18,804 nt of DNA from an uncultured Nitrososphaerales archaeon (GTDB lineage Archaea; Thermoproteota; Nitrososphaeria; Nitrososphaerales; Nitrososphaeraceae): the NCBI GenBank assembly GCA_963709405.1, contig CAVPXM010000075.1, positions 1 to 18,804 of the forward strand, read 5' to 3'. Numbering within the stretch: the first letter of the stretch is position 1; each line of letters begins with the position of its first letter. Positions 1 to 9,061 of the stretch are shown piece by piece. The notes beneath the pieces were generated by a model. That model did no database searches, had not been told where the DNA came from, and saw only the letters and a program-made list of their open reading frames with translations. A program made the translations under genes and the position numbers.

Positions 1-570
1 ATAAAGATGGGGATAACGATCTAAAGAAAACAGCAGTACAACCAACTACCGAGACTGGTACAACTACAACTACAACTACAACTCCAGTTACACCACAAGG
101 TCCAGTTGATGCAATAGGACCAGTAGCACCAGTAGCACCAGTAGGACCTATAGTACCAATACCAACAATAAAAGGTCAAACACCTGACAAAAGCTGTCAG
201 TTCATCCAGAATTACCAAAGTGTATGCCAGACAAAGATGGTAATTGCCCTTCAGGATTTAGTCACAATTCAAAGGGTACCTGTTTTCCGAGCGGTGCTTG
301 TCCTGGAGGATTTGGTAGACACGACAACGATGAGAAGTGGCAAATGCTTTCCACAATGTCCACATGGATTTCATATGAAGAATGGTCACTGCAACAAAGA
401 CATTACAATAACAGTTCATACACATAGCAGTGGAAGTAGTTCAAGTGGTGGTGTCATACAGTCTAAGCGATAGTTGTTATAATGAAATCGAGCTCGCATG
501 GATAGGAAAAATTCAGAGAGGACAGAATAGCGAAGTGGATAGTATCATAGACAAGTGTATGGGACTGTGA
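1..570 (+). CDS. 5'-partial secreted-type protein: Thr/Pro-rich linker, Cys-rich repeats and conserved-looking C-terminal tail; about 3 frameshifts
   Basis: Frame 3 from nt 3 reads KDGDNDLKKTAVQPTTETGTTTTTTTTPVTPQGPVDAIGPVAPVAPVGP...PDKSCQF. After a shift near 201 it reads HPELPKCMPDKDGNCPSGFSHNSKGTCFPSGACPGGFGRHDNDE; after a shift near 334, SGKCFPQCPHGFHMKNGHCNKDITITVHTHSSGSSSSGG; after a shift near 453, SLSDSCYNEIELAWIGKIQRGQNSEVDSIIDKCMGL*, ending at TGA 568-570. ORFs 224..427 and 237..473 are pieces of this gene. Confidence 0.65.
60..146 (+). repeat. Coding tandem repeats: (ACAACT)x4 at 60-83 and (CCAGTAGCA)x~3 at 120-146
   Basis: Read directly from sequence; they encode poly-Thr and PVA repeats in the plus-strand protein. 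Confidence 0.9.
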
Positions 571-592
571 TTAATATTCAATTTAATTCCGA

Positions 593-896
593 ATGATTCA
601 ACCTATTCTTAATCCGTATAATACACCGAATCCGGCTAGTTCTACACCTGGCAGCTACCACGCCGTCAAGGGGCGGCAAGACTACCACGACGTCAAGCAC
701 TGAAAGAGGCACGGCAACACCAACGACCTCAACACCAAAGACGCCGGTCCTCCCGCAGATAGCAGCGCAAGTAATTACCATACCCAAGTCTATCTCTTCG
801 CTACCTGGCCCTAGCAACCTAACGAAGTTTGGTAGTAGCAATAGAGGTGGCAATGACGAAAGCCGGCTTCATCTCCAACTTCTAGTCTCCTCATAG
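593..896 (+). pseudogene. Thr/Pro/Ser-rich ORF remnant, locally GC-richer
   Basis: ATG593 gives MIQPILNPYNTPNPASSTP; after one shift near 650 it reads AATTPSRGGKTTTTSSTERGTATPTTSTPKTPVLPQ... to TAG 894-896. The minus ORF 578..853 is probably its shadow. Confidence 0.35.
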
Positions 897-1314
897 CAGC
901 TCTAACAGATGCAGATACTATAATGTTAGGATATGCTTACTCAATCAATGATTGAGAGATAGCAGCTGCAATATTCTATTAGAAGGATTATATTCATACA
1001 ATTCGTGGAAGCGATTATTAAAACTGTCATGAGTTTACTAATGCGGAAGAGATGATAAGAATTAACAATATGCTATTAGAGAATTATTAAAACGCGCTAG
1101 ATACGTGTAGAAGAAAGTACATTAACTATAAAGCCTTTTGTTACTATAAGGCTTCTAAAGATTCCTATCGTTTCATAAGCAAAGACTGTTGGTACATTAG
1201 ATCTACTACTCATAGCATGTCTGTTGCCTCGCCCGCCTTTTCTCTCCTGTCCATTGGTGCTCAAAGAATACAGAAAATAAAATACCTGAAAGTAAAAAGA
1301 GAACTACTAACTTG

Positions 1315-1678
1315 CTATTGTGTTGGTTCAGGCATCCAATCTACAGGTACTTTAGCAGAATCTAGTCCCCTCTTTGTTAGATAATCATCCATCTTTGGTT
1401 CAGTACAAACTGGAAAGGCATTACCATGAGTAGGGCAGACATCTTTCTTTATTATTAGAAGGTTGTTGTCACATCTTTTTAATTGATCTGTATTTCCTGT
1501 CTCTTGTGCCAAACTACTCGATGCCAATTGATTTCCCATTAATGCTAACTGGCACGTTAATACATACGGCTTTGCATTTCCGTTAAGCCAATCCTCAATT
1601 TTTGAGTTCCAAGATGCTCCCTTTGCTAATTTGCCAGATTGCTGTATACCAAGCACCAACAATGCCGTAATTATTACC
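1315..1678 (-). pseudogene. Hypothetical Cys-containing exported protein, 5'-truncated by IS481 copy 1
   Basis: The frame of ORF 1315..1662 stays open upstream of TTG1662 (VIITALLVLGIQQ..., a hydrophobic signal-like segment) right up to the IS end at 1679. The product has 4 Cys. Confidence 0.55.
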
Positions 1679-2710
1679 TGTTGTACTTACACGGATAGGT
1701 TACATTTCTAATTACCTACATGGGTTACACTTTTCTGTTTAGTTCTCGTATGTGTACTGGATGTAATTAATCTTTGTAGGAACATCTCCGATGGAGTAAG
1801 ACCATTTATGCCTCCATGTTCTCTGGTTTCGTTATATGCTTTAACAAACATGTCGTATCTTTGTTTACCATCATCTATGTTTGGTATATCTTCTAATGCT
1901 ATGAATTCACTCTTTACAATCTTGTTATATGCTTCTACTTTGCCCTGTAACTGCGGATATGATTTTGGTATTTGCTTATCTTTTATCTGATTATGTATAA
2001 GGAAATGTCTGAATATTCTGGATGTAAACTGTTTACCGTTATCATGCATCATCATCTTAGGCTTACCATTAATCATTATCCAGTCCTCTAATACATTAAG
2101 AACATCCACTGACCTCTTTCTTTCGGACCACTTGCTAGCTACCTTCCTAGAACAATCATCTAAGCAACTAATGATGTAATTCCTTTGACTGGAATTACTC
2201 AGATAGAAAGGGCCAAGGATATCCACTTGCACCATATCATTTGGATGCTTCATGACAAACCGTTTGTAAGTTCTTGCTTTGGCCTTACACATGAGGATAT
2301 TAAGACAATGTCTCTTTAGTATCTTGTATATAGTTCGGGTGCTTAATGAGATTCCAACAACCTTTTTAATCGAAACTTGATCCTATTACATCCAAATCTC
2401 TTAGTTAATCGTAGATCAAGTATAGTCTCTTCTACTTCTGGTGTTACCTTCCTGTAGTTGATTTTATGAGGCCTTCTGGAGTTATCTGATAGGCCTTCTA
2501 TCCCTTTCTGCTTGTATCTATTATTCCACTTGTAGTAAGTCTTTCTGGATACACCATATCTCTTACAAATATTACATATGGTATCACCAGTCCATTCTTT
2601 TTCGTGTATTAGATTAAACCTTATTCTGATTTCTATATGGATTCACTTCCCGACAGAAGTGTAACCCATGTCTGTAAGCTATAATGTCACCTATGTCAGT
2701 AAGTACAACA
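1679..2710 (-). mobile_element. IS481-family insertion sequence, copy 1 (1032 bp), no target-site duplication
   Basis: Ends are TGTTGTACTTAC...GTAAGTACAACA (TGT/ACA termini). The imperfect IR extends about 54 bp with two ATRGGTKACA boxes per end. Near-identical to the reverse complement of 16181-17214. Flanks ATTACC and GTTAAT do not match. Confidence 0.93.
1708..2636 (-). CDS. IS481-family transposase (HTH + rve/DDE), 1-nt deletion near 2361-2367
   Basis: N-terminal HTH ICKRYGVSRKTYYKWNNRYKQKGIEGLSDNSRRPH; DDE motifs VQVDILGP, MHDNGKQF, QGKVEAYNK. One base is missing relative to copy 2 in the AAAAAGG stretch (minus strand). Confidence 0.9.
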
Positions 2711-2838
2711 GTTAATTATAAGAGATTTCTATTGTTATTAAGAATCTCATTGTACAACATTATTCTCAGGCTGATGCGATTACCATCAACTTGTGAGCCT
2801 ATGTTAGACCACTCAGAATTACCTAATGGATATAATCA

Positions 2839-2846
2839 TTATAAAT
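2839..2846 (+). promoter_or_regulatory. Archaeal TATA box for the gamma-CA gene (likely leaderless mRNA)
   Basis: TTATAAAT lies 21-28 nt upstream of ATG2867, inside the near-palindrome ATCATTATAAATGAT. Confidence 0.5.
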
Positions 2847-2866
2847 GATCAAATATCGTTATTTGT

Positions 2867-3379
2867 ATGCCAGTTTTGCCATTTAGGGATCACGTCCCAA
2901 AAATAAACTCTGATTGTTTCATAGCACCAACCGCAATGATTATCGGAGATGTAGAAATAGGTTCACAGTCTTCTGTTTGGTTTGGTACTGTAATAAGAGG
3001 AGATGTATTCCATATTCGTATAGGATGTAATACTAATATACAGGATAATAGTGTGATTCACGTTACGACCAATAGATATCCTACCATTATTGGAAACAAT
3101 GTTACAATTGGTCATTCAGTTACCCTTCATGGATGCACAATTAAGGACAACGCTTTAGTTGGTATTGGATCGATTGTGATGGATCAGTCTGAAATAGCAG
3201 AATGGTCTATTTTAGCAGCTGGTTCAGTCTTAAAACCAGGTACGAAGATCCCATCGGGCAAACTTTGGGGGGGTATACCTGCAAAAGAAATACGTGACAT
3301 CACTGAAAGAGAAAGAGAATGGATAAAAGAATTATTCAATAACTATATTAGTATGTCTAAGGAGTATCTCTCAATATAA
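2867..3379 (+). CDS. Gamma-class carbonic anhydrase family protein (YrdA/CamH-like left-handed beta-helix)
   Basis: Hexapeptide repeats plus IRGD, NIQDNSVIH and IGHSVTLHGC carrying the three metal-binding His; no signal peptide. Confidence 0.92.
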   Translation: MPVLPFRDHVPKINSDCFIAPTAMIIGDVEIGSQSSVWFGTVIRGDVFHIRIGCNTNIQDNSVIHVTTNRYPTIIGNNVTIGHSVTLHGCTIKDNALVGIGSIVMDQSEIAEWSILAAGSVLKPGTKIPSGKLWGGIPAKEIRDITEREREWIKELFNNYISMSKEYLSI

Positions 3380-4223
3380 CATCGTATTTTACAGTTAGGC
3401 TCGTAAAAAATATTTAGTTACTAGATGTATTAAATAAATTAATAAGAGTATATTTCATGGCAATCTAATTGTACGCGATTTCTTAACATGGTGATTGTCA
3501 CCTTCCTATCGCAATCTTCACAGTCATGTCTGTCAGTTCGACATATTCGGTAGTGACCCTAGATTATTTTTTTGAATAAGAGAATCTAGACAGGAATTCT
3601 TACTATAAGTAGCGCGCATTTAAATGAAACACAGTTAAGTGCTCTAGTTACACCCGGGATATCCGGGTTATTTTCAACTCTAGAGAAGAATTTAATTGAT
3701 GTATATATGACACTATAAGGGAAAATTATATTAGAATATGTAATCATTACTGTTATCAATATTGAAACTAGCGATATTGCTAAAAGGATAATACAGTAGT
3801 AACTATCTTTTTTTGCATACTATTACAGATATTATCTATTAATGACAAGTATAAATAACTAATCTTTCGAAGAGATGAAAAAATATAGCTGCTATCTAAT
3901 TGCCTATCATTGCCAGATCATTGACTTATTGATGGGCTTGAAAATTAGAATTGTTAACGTCAAGAAAGCAGAAAAATCCGATTCAATGGGAGTAATTAGC
4001 ATTAAAACTTAATCTTGAAGAAACAAGTACTACAACTAATATGAATAACGTAAGAATGCCAATCGAAGCTTTAAAGTATCTATTCAATATTTTTTCCATA
4101 CTCTTGACAACTATTTATAAAGCATACGTAGATCAGGTATCTCCCAATGCTAATTCAAGCACTTTACAATGTTTCTTAAATGAACGCCACTGTTTAGAGT
4201 CTTGAAATATACATAGAATTAGA

Positions 4224-5496
4224 ATGAACGCCAAAGTAATTAATCCATTTGGTTGGTTGTCTAAAGACGGTAAATTACTTTTGGTTGCAAAAGCAATAAG
4301 AACATTTGCATATGGCTTTCTAAGTGTAATTCTTGCAATCTATCTAAAGTTAATTGGATTCAACGATCTCTACATTGGCCTAATACTGACTACTACTTTA
4401 ATAAATAGTGTAATCTTTACTCTAATAGCAAGTTTTTACGCAGATAGAATAGGTAGAAGAAAAATTCTGATTGTATACGCAGCTTTGATGTCTTTATCCG
4501 GAGTAATATTTTTTGTAACAACTAATTATATAGCATTAATCGTATCTGCGTTAATAGGTACGATTAATGTAACTGGAACTGAGACTGGTGCTTTCCTTTC
4601 AATAGAACAAGGCAGCGTTACCTCAGACAATCAATGATATAAAGAAAAGGAATACGGTTTACGCTCTTTACAATATGGTTGGAACCTTTGCAATGTCTGC
4701 AGGTGTTCTGCTTTCAGGTTTGCCGCAAATCTTTGTACAACAGTATGGATTTAACCAAATCGAATCCATTAAACCGCTTTTTCTACTTTATAGCATCATT
4801 GGACTCGTAGTATTAGGGATTTACTATTTCATTTCAAATAAAGTGGAGGTTACGGTAAATAATAATGATAATAACAAACTATCAAAACCACTGAAACAAA
4901 CTTTATCACCGAAATCAAAACAAATCATTGGTAAACTATCATGTCTCTTCGCTGTAGATTCTTTTGCTGGTGGTTTTATTATTCAAAGCATAGTATCATT
5001 ATGGTTTTTTACAAAATTTGGAGTTGAATTAACAACATTATCTTATATTTTCTCTATCACTGGAGTTCTTACTGCATTCTCGTTCCTTGTAGCTGCAAAA
5101 ATTGCTGACAGGATAGGTTTGATTAATACAATGGTCTTTACACACATTCCATCTAATATTTTGCTTATACTTGTTGCATTTGCTCCTACCCTTCCACTAG
5201 CAGTCGCATTCTATCTTGCCAGAATGACTCTATCGCAGATGGATGTGCCTACAAGACAATCATATCTAGTTGCAGTAGTTAGAGAAGATGAACGAACTCC
5301 AGCAGCAGGGATAACCAATATTTCAAGAAATATCGCGCAAGCAGTATCTCCATCATTAGCCGGCTATATATTGCAGTCGTTATCATTTTTATCAGCCCCA
5401 TTTATCTTAGGAGGAGTATTAAAAATTGTATATGATATTGTTTTATATTTTAATTTTAAAAGTATTAAACCTTCAGATGAAAGAAACGATGATTAG
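4224..5496 (+). CDS. Major facilitator superfamily transporter, split by a +1 G at ~4611
   Basis: Motif A-like ADRIGRRK and ADRIGLINTM in the two halves; many TM segments. Removing one G in CAA-GG-CAGCG joins 4224..4637 to 4675..5496 (IEQAALPQTINDIKKRNTVYALYNMVG). Confidence 0.88.
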
Positions 5497-5843
5497 TGAT
5501 CCCGATTGAGGATAATATTGTGGACGTAGTCATCAGCAACTGTGTTATTAGTCTAACTATAGACAAAGTAGCAGCATTCAAGGAAATTTACAAGATCCTA
5601 AGTAATGATGTGAGGATGGTAATATCAGACCTTGTTACAAGTAGGAAAGTTGACCTAGAATCAGTAAATTCAGATAAATGGTGCAGTGGCATAGATGGTG
5701 CATTAACAAAGGAGAACTATCATGACAGAATTAGAATGGCAGGATTTTCTAACGTTGAAGTATTGGGAGAGAAATTGTATATTGATAGTGATAATGTCGA
5801 AGGCAGAAGAATTACTAGTTTGATGATAAAGGCAGTAAAATAG
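5496..5843 (+). pseudogene. arsM: Arsenite S-adenosylmethionine methyltransferase, C-terminal half only
   Basis: IPIEDNIVDVVISNCVISL...KVAAFKEIYKIL...VISDLV...WCSGIDGAL...AGFSNVEV matches the ArsM C-terminus. SAM-binding motif I (GxGxG) is absent and a usually conserved Cys appears to be Gly. Confidence 0.75.
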
Positions 5844-5863
5844 TGACATCTAAAGAGGAGAAT

Positions 5864-6151
5864 TTGAACTAAAAATTTTCATATGGTAGTAGTAATAAAT
5901 CAAAGACAAAGAACACAATTCTTTTCGTATGTATACAAAACGCCGCCAGAAGTCAAATAGCTGAAGGATTCCTTAGAAAGTATGCTCCTGAAGGCTATGA
6001 ACCATTAAGTGCCGGGACCAGACCTATTTCAGAAATAAATTGAATTGCAATTCAAGCAATAAAATAAGTAGCAATAGACATCAGCAAGCAAAAACCTAAA
6101 GATATCTCAAGACATGATGAGAAACTCTACCAAGATCGTGAACACTAGGAT
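5864..6151 (+). pseudogene. arsC: Arsenate reductase (LMW-PTP/thioredoxin-type ArsC) pseudogene, not in the ORF track
   Basis: GAGGAG at 5855-5860, then TTG5864. The frame reads ...TILFVCIQNAARSQIAEGFLRKYAPEGYEPLSAGTRPISEIN*IAIQAIK*VAIDISKQKPKDI, with a CX5R-S P-loop and SAGT. In-frame stops at 5870, 6041 and 6065; 3' half missing. Confidence 0.85.
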
Positions 6152-6412
6152 ATTATAAATGCAAGAGATGCTGAAATAACATAAATCAAGAGGCAAGTTG
6201 TGGTAGAAAAAGGTGTGTTCAGCAACACATACGGATTTAATAAATTGATATCAGGCGTAGCAGTGCTTAAATCTAACAATAGCTAACGCAGATATTGTTT
6301 ATAATAAGTAATAAAAGATTACTCCTTTAAAGAGAGTTATTTAATATAGTAATTAAGGGACATCCTAAAAGTGAGCAATAAATAAAAATAATTTAACTGA
6401 AACATTATCACT

Positions 6413-6507
6413 TCGTTCGAACGAGTCAAGGGTACGTGAAAAGTCTGGATTTTTATTAGTGGTGATGATCCAGACTTTAGCGTGGGCGGCATTTGATTAC
6501 TTGCCGC
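6413..6507. repeat. Cluster of three inverted repeats (structured non-coding element)
   Basis: Palindrome TCGTTCGAACGA 6413-6424; stem AAAGTCTGGAT(6440-6450)/ATCCAGACTTT(6468-6478); stem GCGGCA(6486-6491)/TGCCGC(6502-6507) followed by a pyrimidine tract. Confidence 0.7.
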
Positions 6508-6607
6508 ATTTCCTTCCTTTGGTCTGATTTTACATTGAAAATACTAGGATTCATGATTATCTTTGTCCCTTACTAGAAACTACTACTAGCCCATTAGCGT
6601 CAACCAT

Positions 6608-6991
6608 ATGATGTTGATATCGTCAAATATCCTTCCATTATTTGTAGTTACAGCTGATAAGGGTTACGATAGTGAAGAGAATCACCTTTTAGTAAGAGAG
6701 GAATTAAATGCATTCAGTATAATCCCAGCTTGCTATGAACATGTACCAATATGCAGAACACATGGTAAATATAGAAAAGAGATGAAATGTGGCTATTCCA
6801 GATTGCTGTACAATCAAAGGAACAAAGATGAAACTATAATGTCTGTCATAAAGCGACTGTTTGGAGAGCACTTGATGTCCAGATTGACTAGAACACAGAA
6901 CAGGGAATTGTCATTCAGATGCATAACCTACAACATACATAGATTGACTAATCTTATAACATTGATGATGGTTTCTACAAAGCCTAATTAA
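6608..6991 (+). mobile_element. IS5-family (IS903-like end) transposase 3' fragment with right inverted repeat
   Basis: VTADKGYDSEENH and YNQRNKDETIMSVIKRLFG (Y-x2-R-x3-E-x6-K signature). GTTTCTACAAAGCC at 6971-6984 (reverse complement GGCTTTGTAGAAAC) resembles IS903-type ends. N-terminus missing. Confidence 0.85.
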
Positions 6992-7041
6992 CCATCTTTT
7001 GTACCCACAACAATAATAAAATAGTCAAACTGGCGATACAT

Positions 7042-7848
7042 ATGAAAATGAGTAATTATTTGTTAACAATAGCAATTACAGACTTGGCTCTTGTTTTATC
7101 TACCGCTGCAATCTTATTTTTATTTGGAACTTCCGTAGTACCTACTTCAGATATTAATCTATCTGCTTTTGCACAAGAACCGTCGATTTCATCTAGGAAC
7201 GAATCCAATAGAGTTCTTGGAGCTATAGCTTCAAATCTATGGGCTAGTAACCCTGACATGATGATTGGAGGATATCATCCTCCAATTTTTAATGCATCTG
7301 AATCAAAACCTGATGTTCCAGCAAAAGAGAAAGGATTCTTAGTTGCTGACGAAAAAGACTTTAAAATTTCTTATCCATCCAACTGGATAAAGAATATAGA
7401 TCTTAACAAGCGATTAACTGGAGTTCATTCAACTTCACTTGTTAGCTTTTTGATTCCTGATTTTGATAGCACAACCAGTAAGAGTAGTTGGGTTGGAATA
7501 GCAAAATATGTAATTGGTGGTAATCACACCACATCGTCATCACTATCTGATTATGTAAAAGAAGAGCTTAACGAATTGGAGAGTGATGTAAGCTTTCAAC
7601 TTAACGAATCAGGTCCAATCACACTTGGAGGTAATGATAATAGTGCACACAAAATAGTATATACCACTAATGTAATAGACAGCTCCCCGGCATCGGGAGC
7701 ATTGATCATGGGACATAGAAAGACTATGGAAATAATCACAATAAATAACGGAGCAGCATATTTCTTTGTCTACAGTGCGAATGCGGGTCAATATTCTACA
7801 TATTTCCCTTATATCAAGAAAATGATCGATTCATTTGAGTTTAAATGA
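7042..7848 (+). CDS. Secreted/membrane-anchored PsbP-like (Mog1/PsbP fold) protein
   Basis: N-terminal hydrophobic segment ending in SAFAQ; FKISYPSNW, TLGG..AHKIVYT and YFFVYSA...YFPYIKKMIDSFEF follow the PsbP-like pattern common in Nitrososphaera. Confidence 0.75.
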   Translation: MKMSNYLLTIAITDLALVLSTAAILFLFGTSVVPTSDINLSAFAQEPSISSRNESNRVLGAIASNLWASNPDMMIGGYHPPIFNASESKPDVPAKEKGFLVADEKDFKISYPSNWIKNIDLNKRLTGVHSTSLVSFLIPDFDSTTSKSSWVGIAKYVIGGNHTTSSSLSDYVKEELNELESDVSFQLNESGPITLGGNDNSAHKIVYTTNVIDSSPASGALIMGHRKTMEIITINNGAAYFFVYSANAGQYSTYFPYIKKMIDSFEFK

Positions 7849-7931
7849 ATCTTCTTCTGTCAAAACAATAATGTAAGAAAGTAAAAATATCTAAAAATTT
7901 ACATCAAAGTACCAAGAGTTCAGTTTTCTAA

Positions 7932-8816
7932 TTATATGTATACATTCTCCCACACAAATTTCCCGAGCTTGTCAAGAGCTTGTTTTAATGGCTGGTTTGT
8001 ACTATAGATTATGAGTGTATGATCTCCTGTTTTCTGGTCAGGCCAAAACCCTCCAGGACAGTATTTACATGTAGCATAATGAAAATTAAAGGTGTTCAGG
8101 ATTGTAAATCCGTTTTTTGCAAATTGTTCTTTGTAATATCCAAGCCATCCAGGGTGCGTTCCACCATCATTATCTTTGTTATTCGCTACTTGACTAGTAG
8201 GAGTATAAAAGCCACCCACTATTAGATTTCCAACCGATTTTTGAGGATTAGAAAGAACAGTTAGATTTCCTTTCATCCAAGGATACTTCGTATCTTGTAT
8301 AGTATATTGTCCTACAGGCAAGACTTTAGCTGCCGAACTATTTGTGTAACCTAATTTACCTGTGGTGTAAACAATATTATTGTTAGAACGATCCATAATG
8401 TTTATTGTATGGGGACGTGGCGTGTCCCATGGGGCATCAGCATCAAGAAAAGAAATAGCTGTTCCTTGATGTATTACTAAGTTCATCGGAAGATAGATAG
8501 GATTGTGGTCACTAATGTATTTGTGTCTCTCACTAACAGCGTCTTCATGTGCTTCATCTACTATATACCAGATAAATGTTCCAACTGATTGTGGCAATGT
8601 CATTGATTCTGATTGATATACTGATTGAGCAGCAGGAAGAGTATTATCTATAGTATTTGTACTAGTAGCTATTTTGTTCATCACCATGTTCTTTTCTTGC
8701 TTTGCAATTGCCATAATATTTGACGGTAATAAGCTCGTTATTGTTATGCTAGGTATAGAAAAAAAAGTCAAAAATACTATAATTAATAAAGTTGATATTG
8801 TGAACAAGTTTTTCAT
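7932..8816 (-). CDS. Secreted protein with atypical cupredoxin-like domain (paralog A, with CxxC insert)
   Basis: Signal peptide; YLPMNLVIHQGTAISF..D..PH and GQYTIQDTKYPWMKGNLTV follow the plastocyanin pattern without the Cys; homologous along its length to 9062..9877. Confidence 0.75.
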   Translation of the reverse strand: MKNLFTISTLLIIVFLTFFSIPSITITSLLPSNIMAIAKQEKNMVMNKIATSTNTIDNTLPAAQSVYQSESMTLPQSVGTFIWYIVDEAHEDAVSERHKYISDHNPIYLPMNLVIHQGTAISFLDADAPWDTPRPHTINIMDRSNNNIVYTTGKLGYTNSSAAKVLPVGQYTIQDTKYPWMKGNLTVLSNPQKSVGNLIVGGFYTPTSQVANNKDNDGGTHPGWLGYYKEQFAKNGFTILNTFNFHYATCKYCPGGFWPDQKTGDHTLIIYSTNQPLKQALDKLGKFVWENVYI

Positions 8817-9061
8817 GGATCATGTTATTTATTAGGTATTAAAATATTTTTTGGTATAAACGTCAAAGTCTAAGGGCAAAATACTGTGAACAACATTCCG
8901 AGTTATAACTTCTCTTATTCTTAGGAAGATTCAAGACAATCTGGCAATTGAAGATTATCTATAACGATCAATCACTTGTTAAGCAGCAGAAGTAATAGTA
9001 TACACATATTCTTTTATAAGTACATTCTAATTCGGGATAGTGTATAAAGAAAAAGATTAAT

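Noticed and set aside
21-218. Cys/Trp/Tyr-rich minus-strand ORF resembling a RiPP or metallothionein
   Set aside because: It is the antisense shadow of the Thr/Pro repeats on the plus strand.
578-853. Minus-strand 91-aa ORF
   Set aside because: Its Val/Gly-rich composition is the mirror of a plus-strand Thr/Pro-rich frame.
3652-3668. ACCCGG-N5-CCGGGT inverted repeat
   Set aside because: Only a 6-bp stem, isolated and not positioned at a gene end or promoter.
6567-6580. CCCTTACTAGAAAC as the left IR of the IS5 remnant
   Set aside because: 10/14 match but the terminal GG is missing and no TSD is seen.
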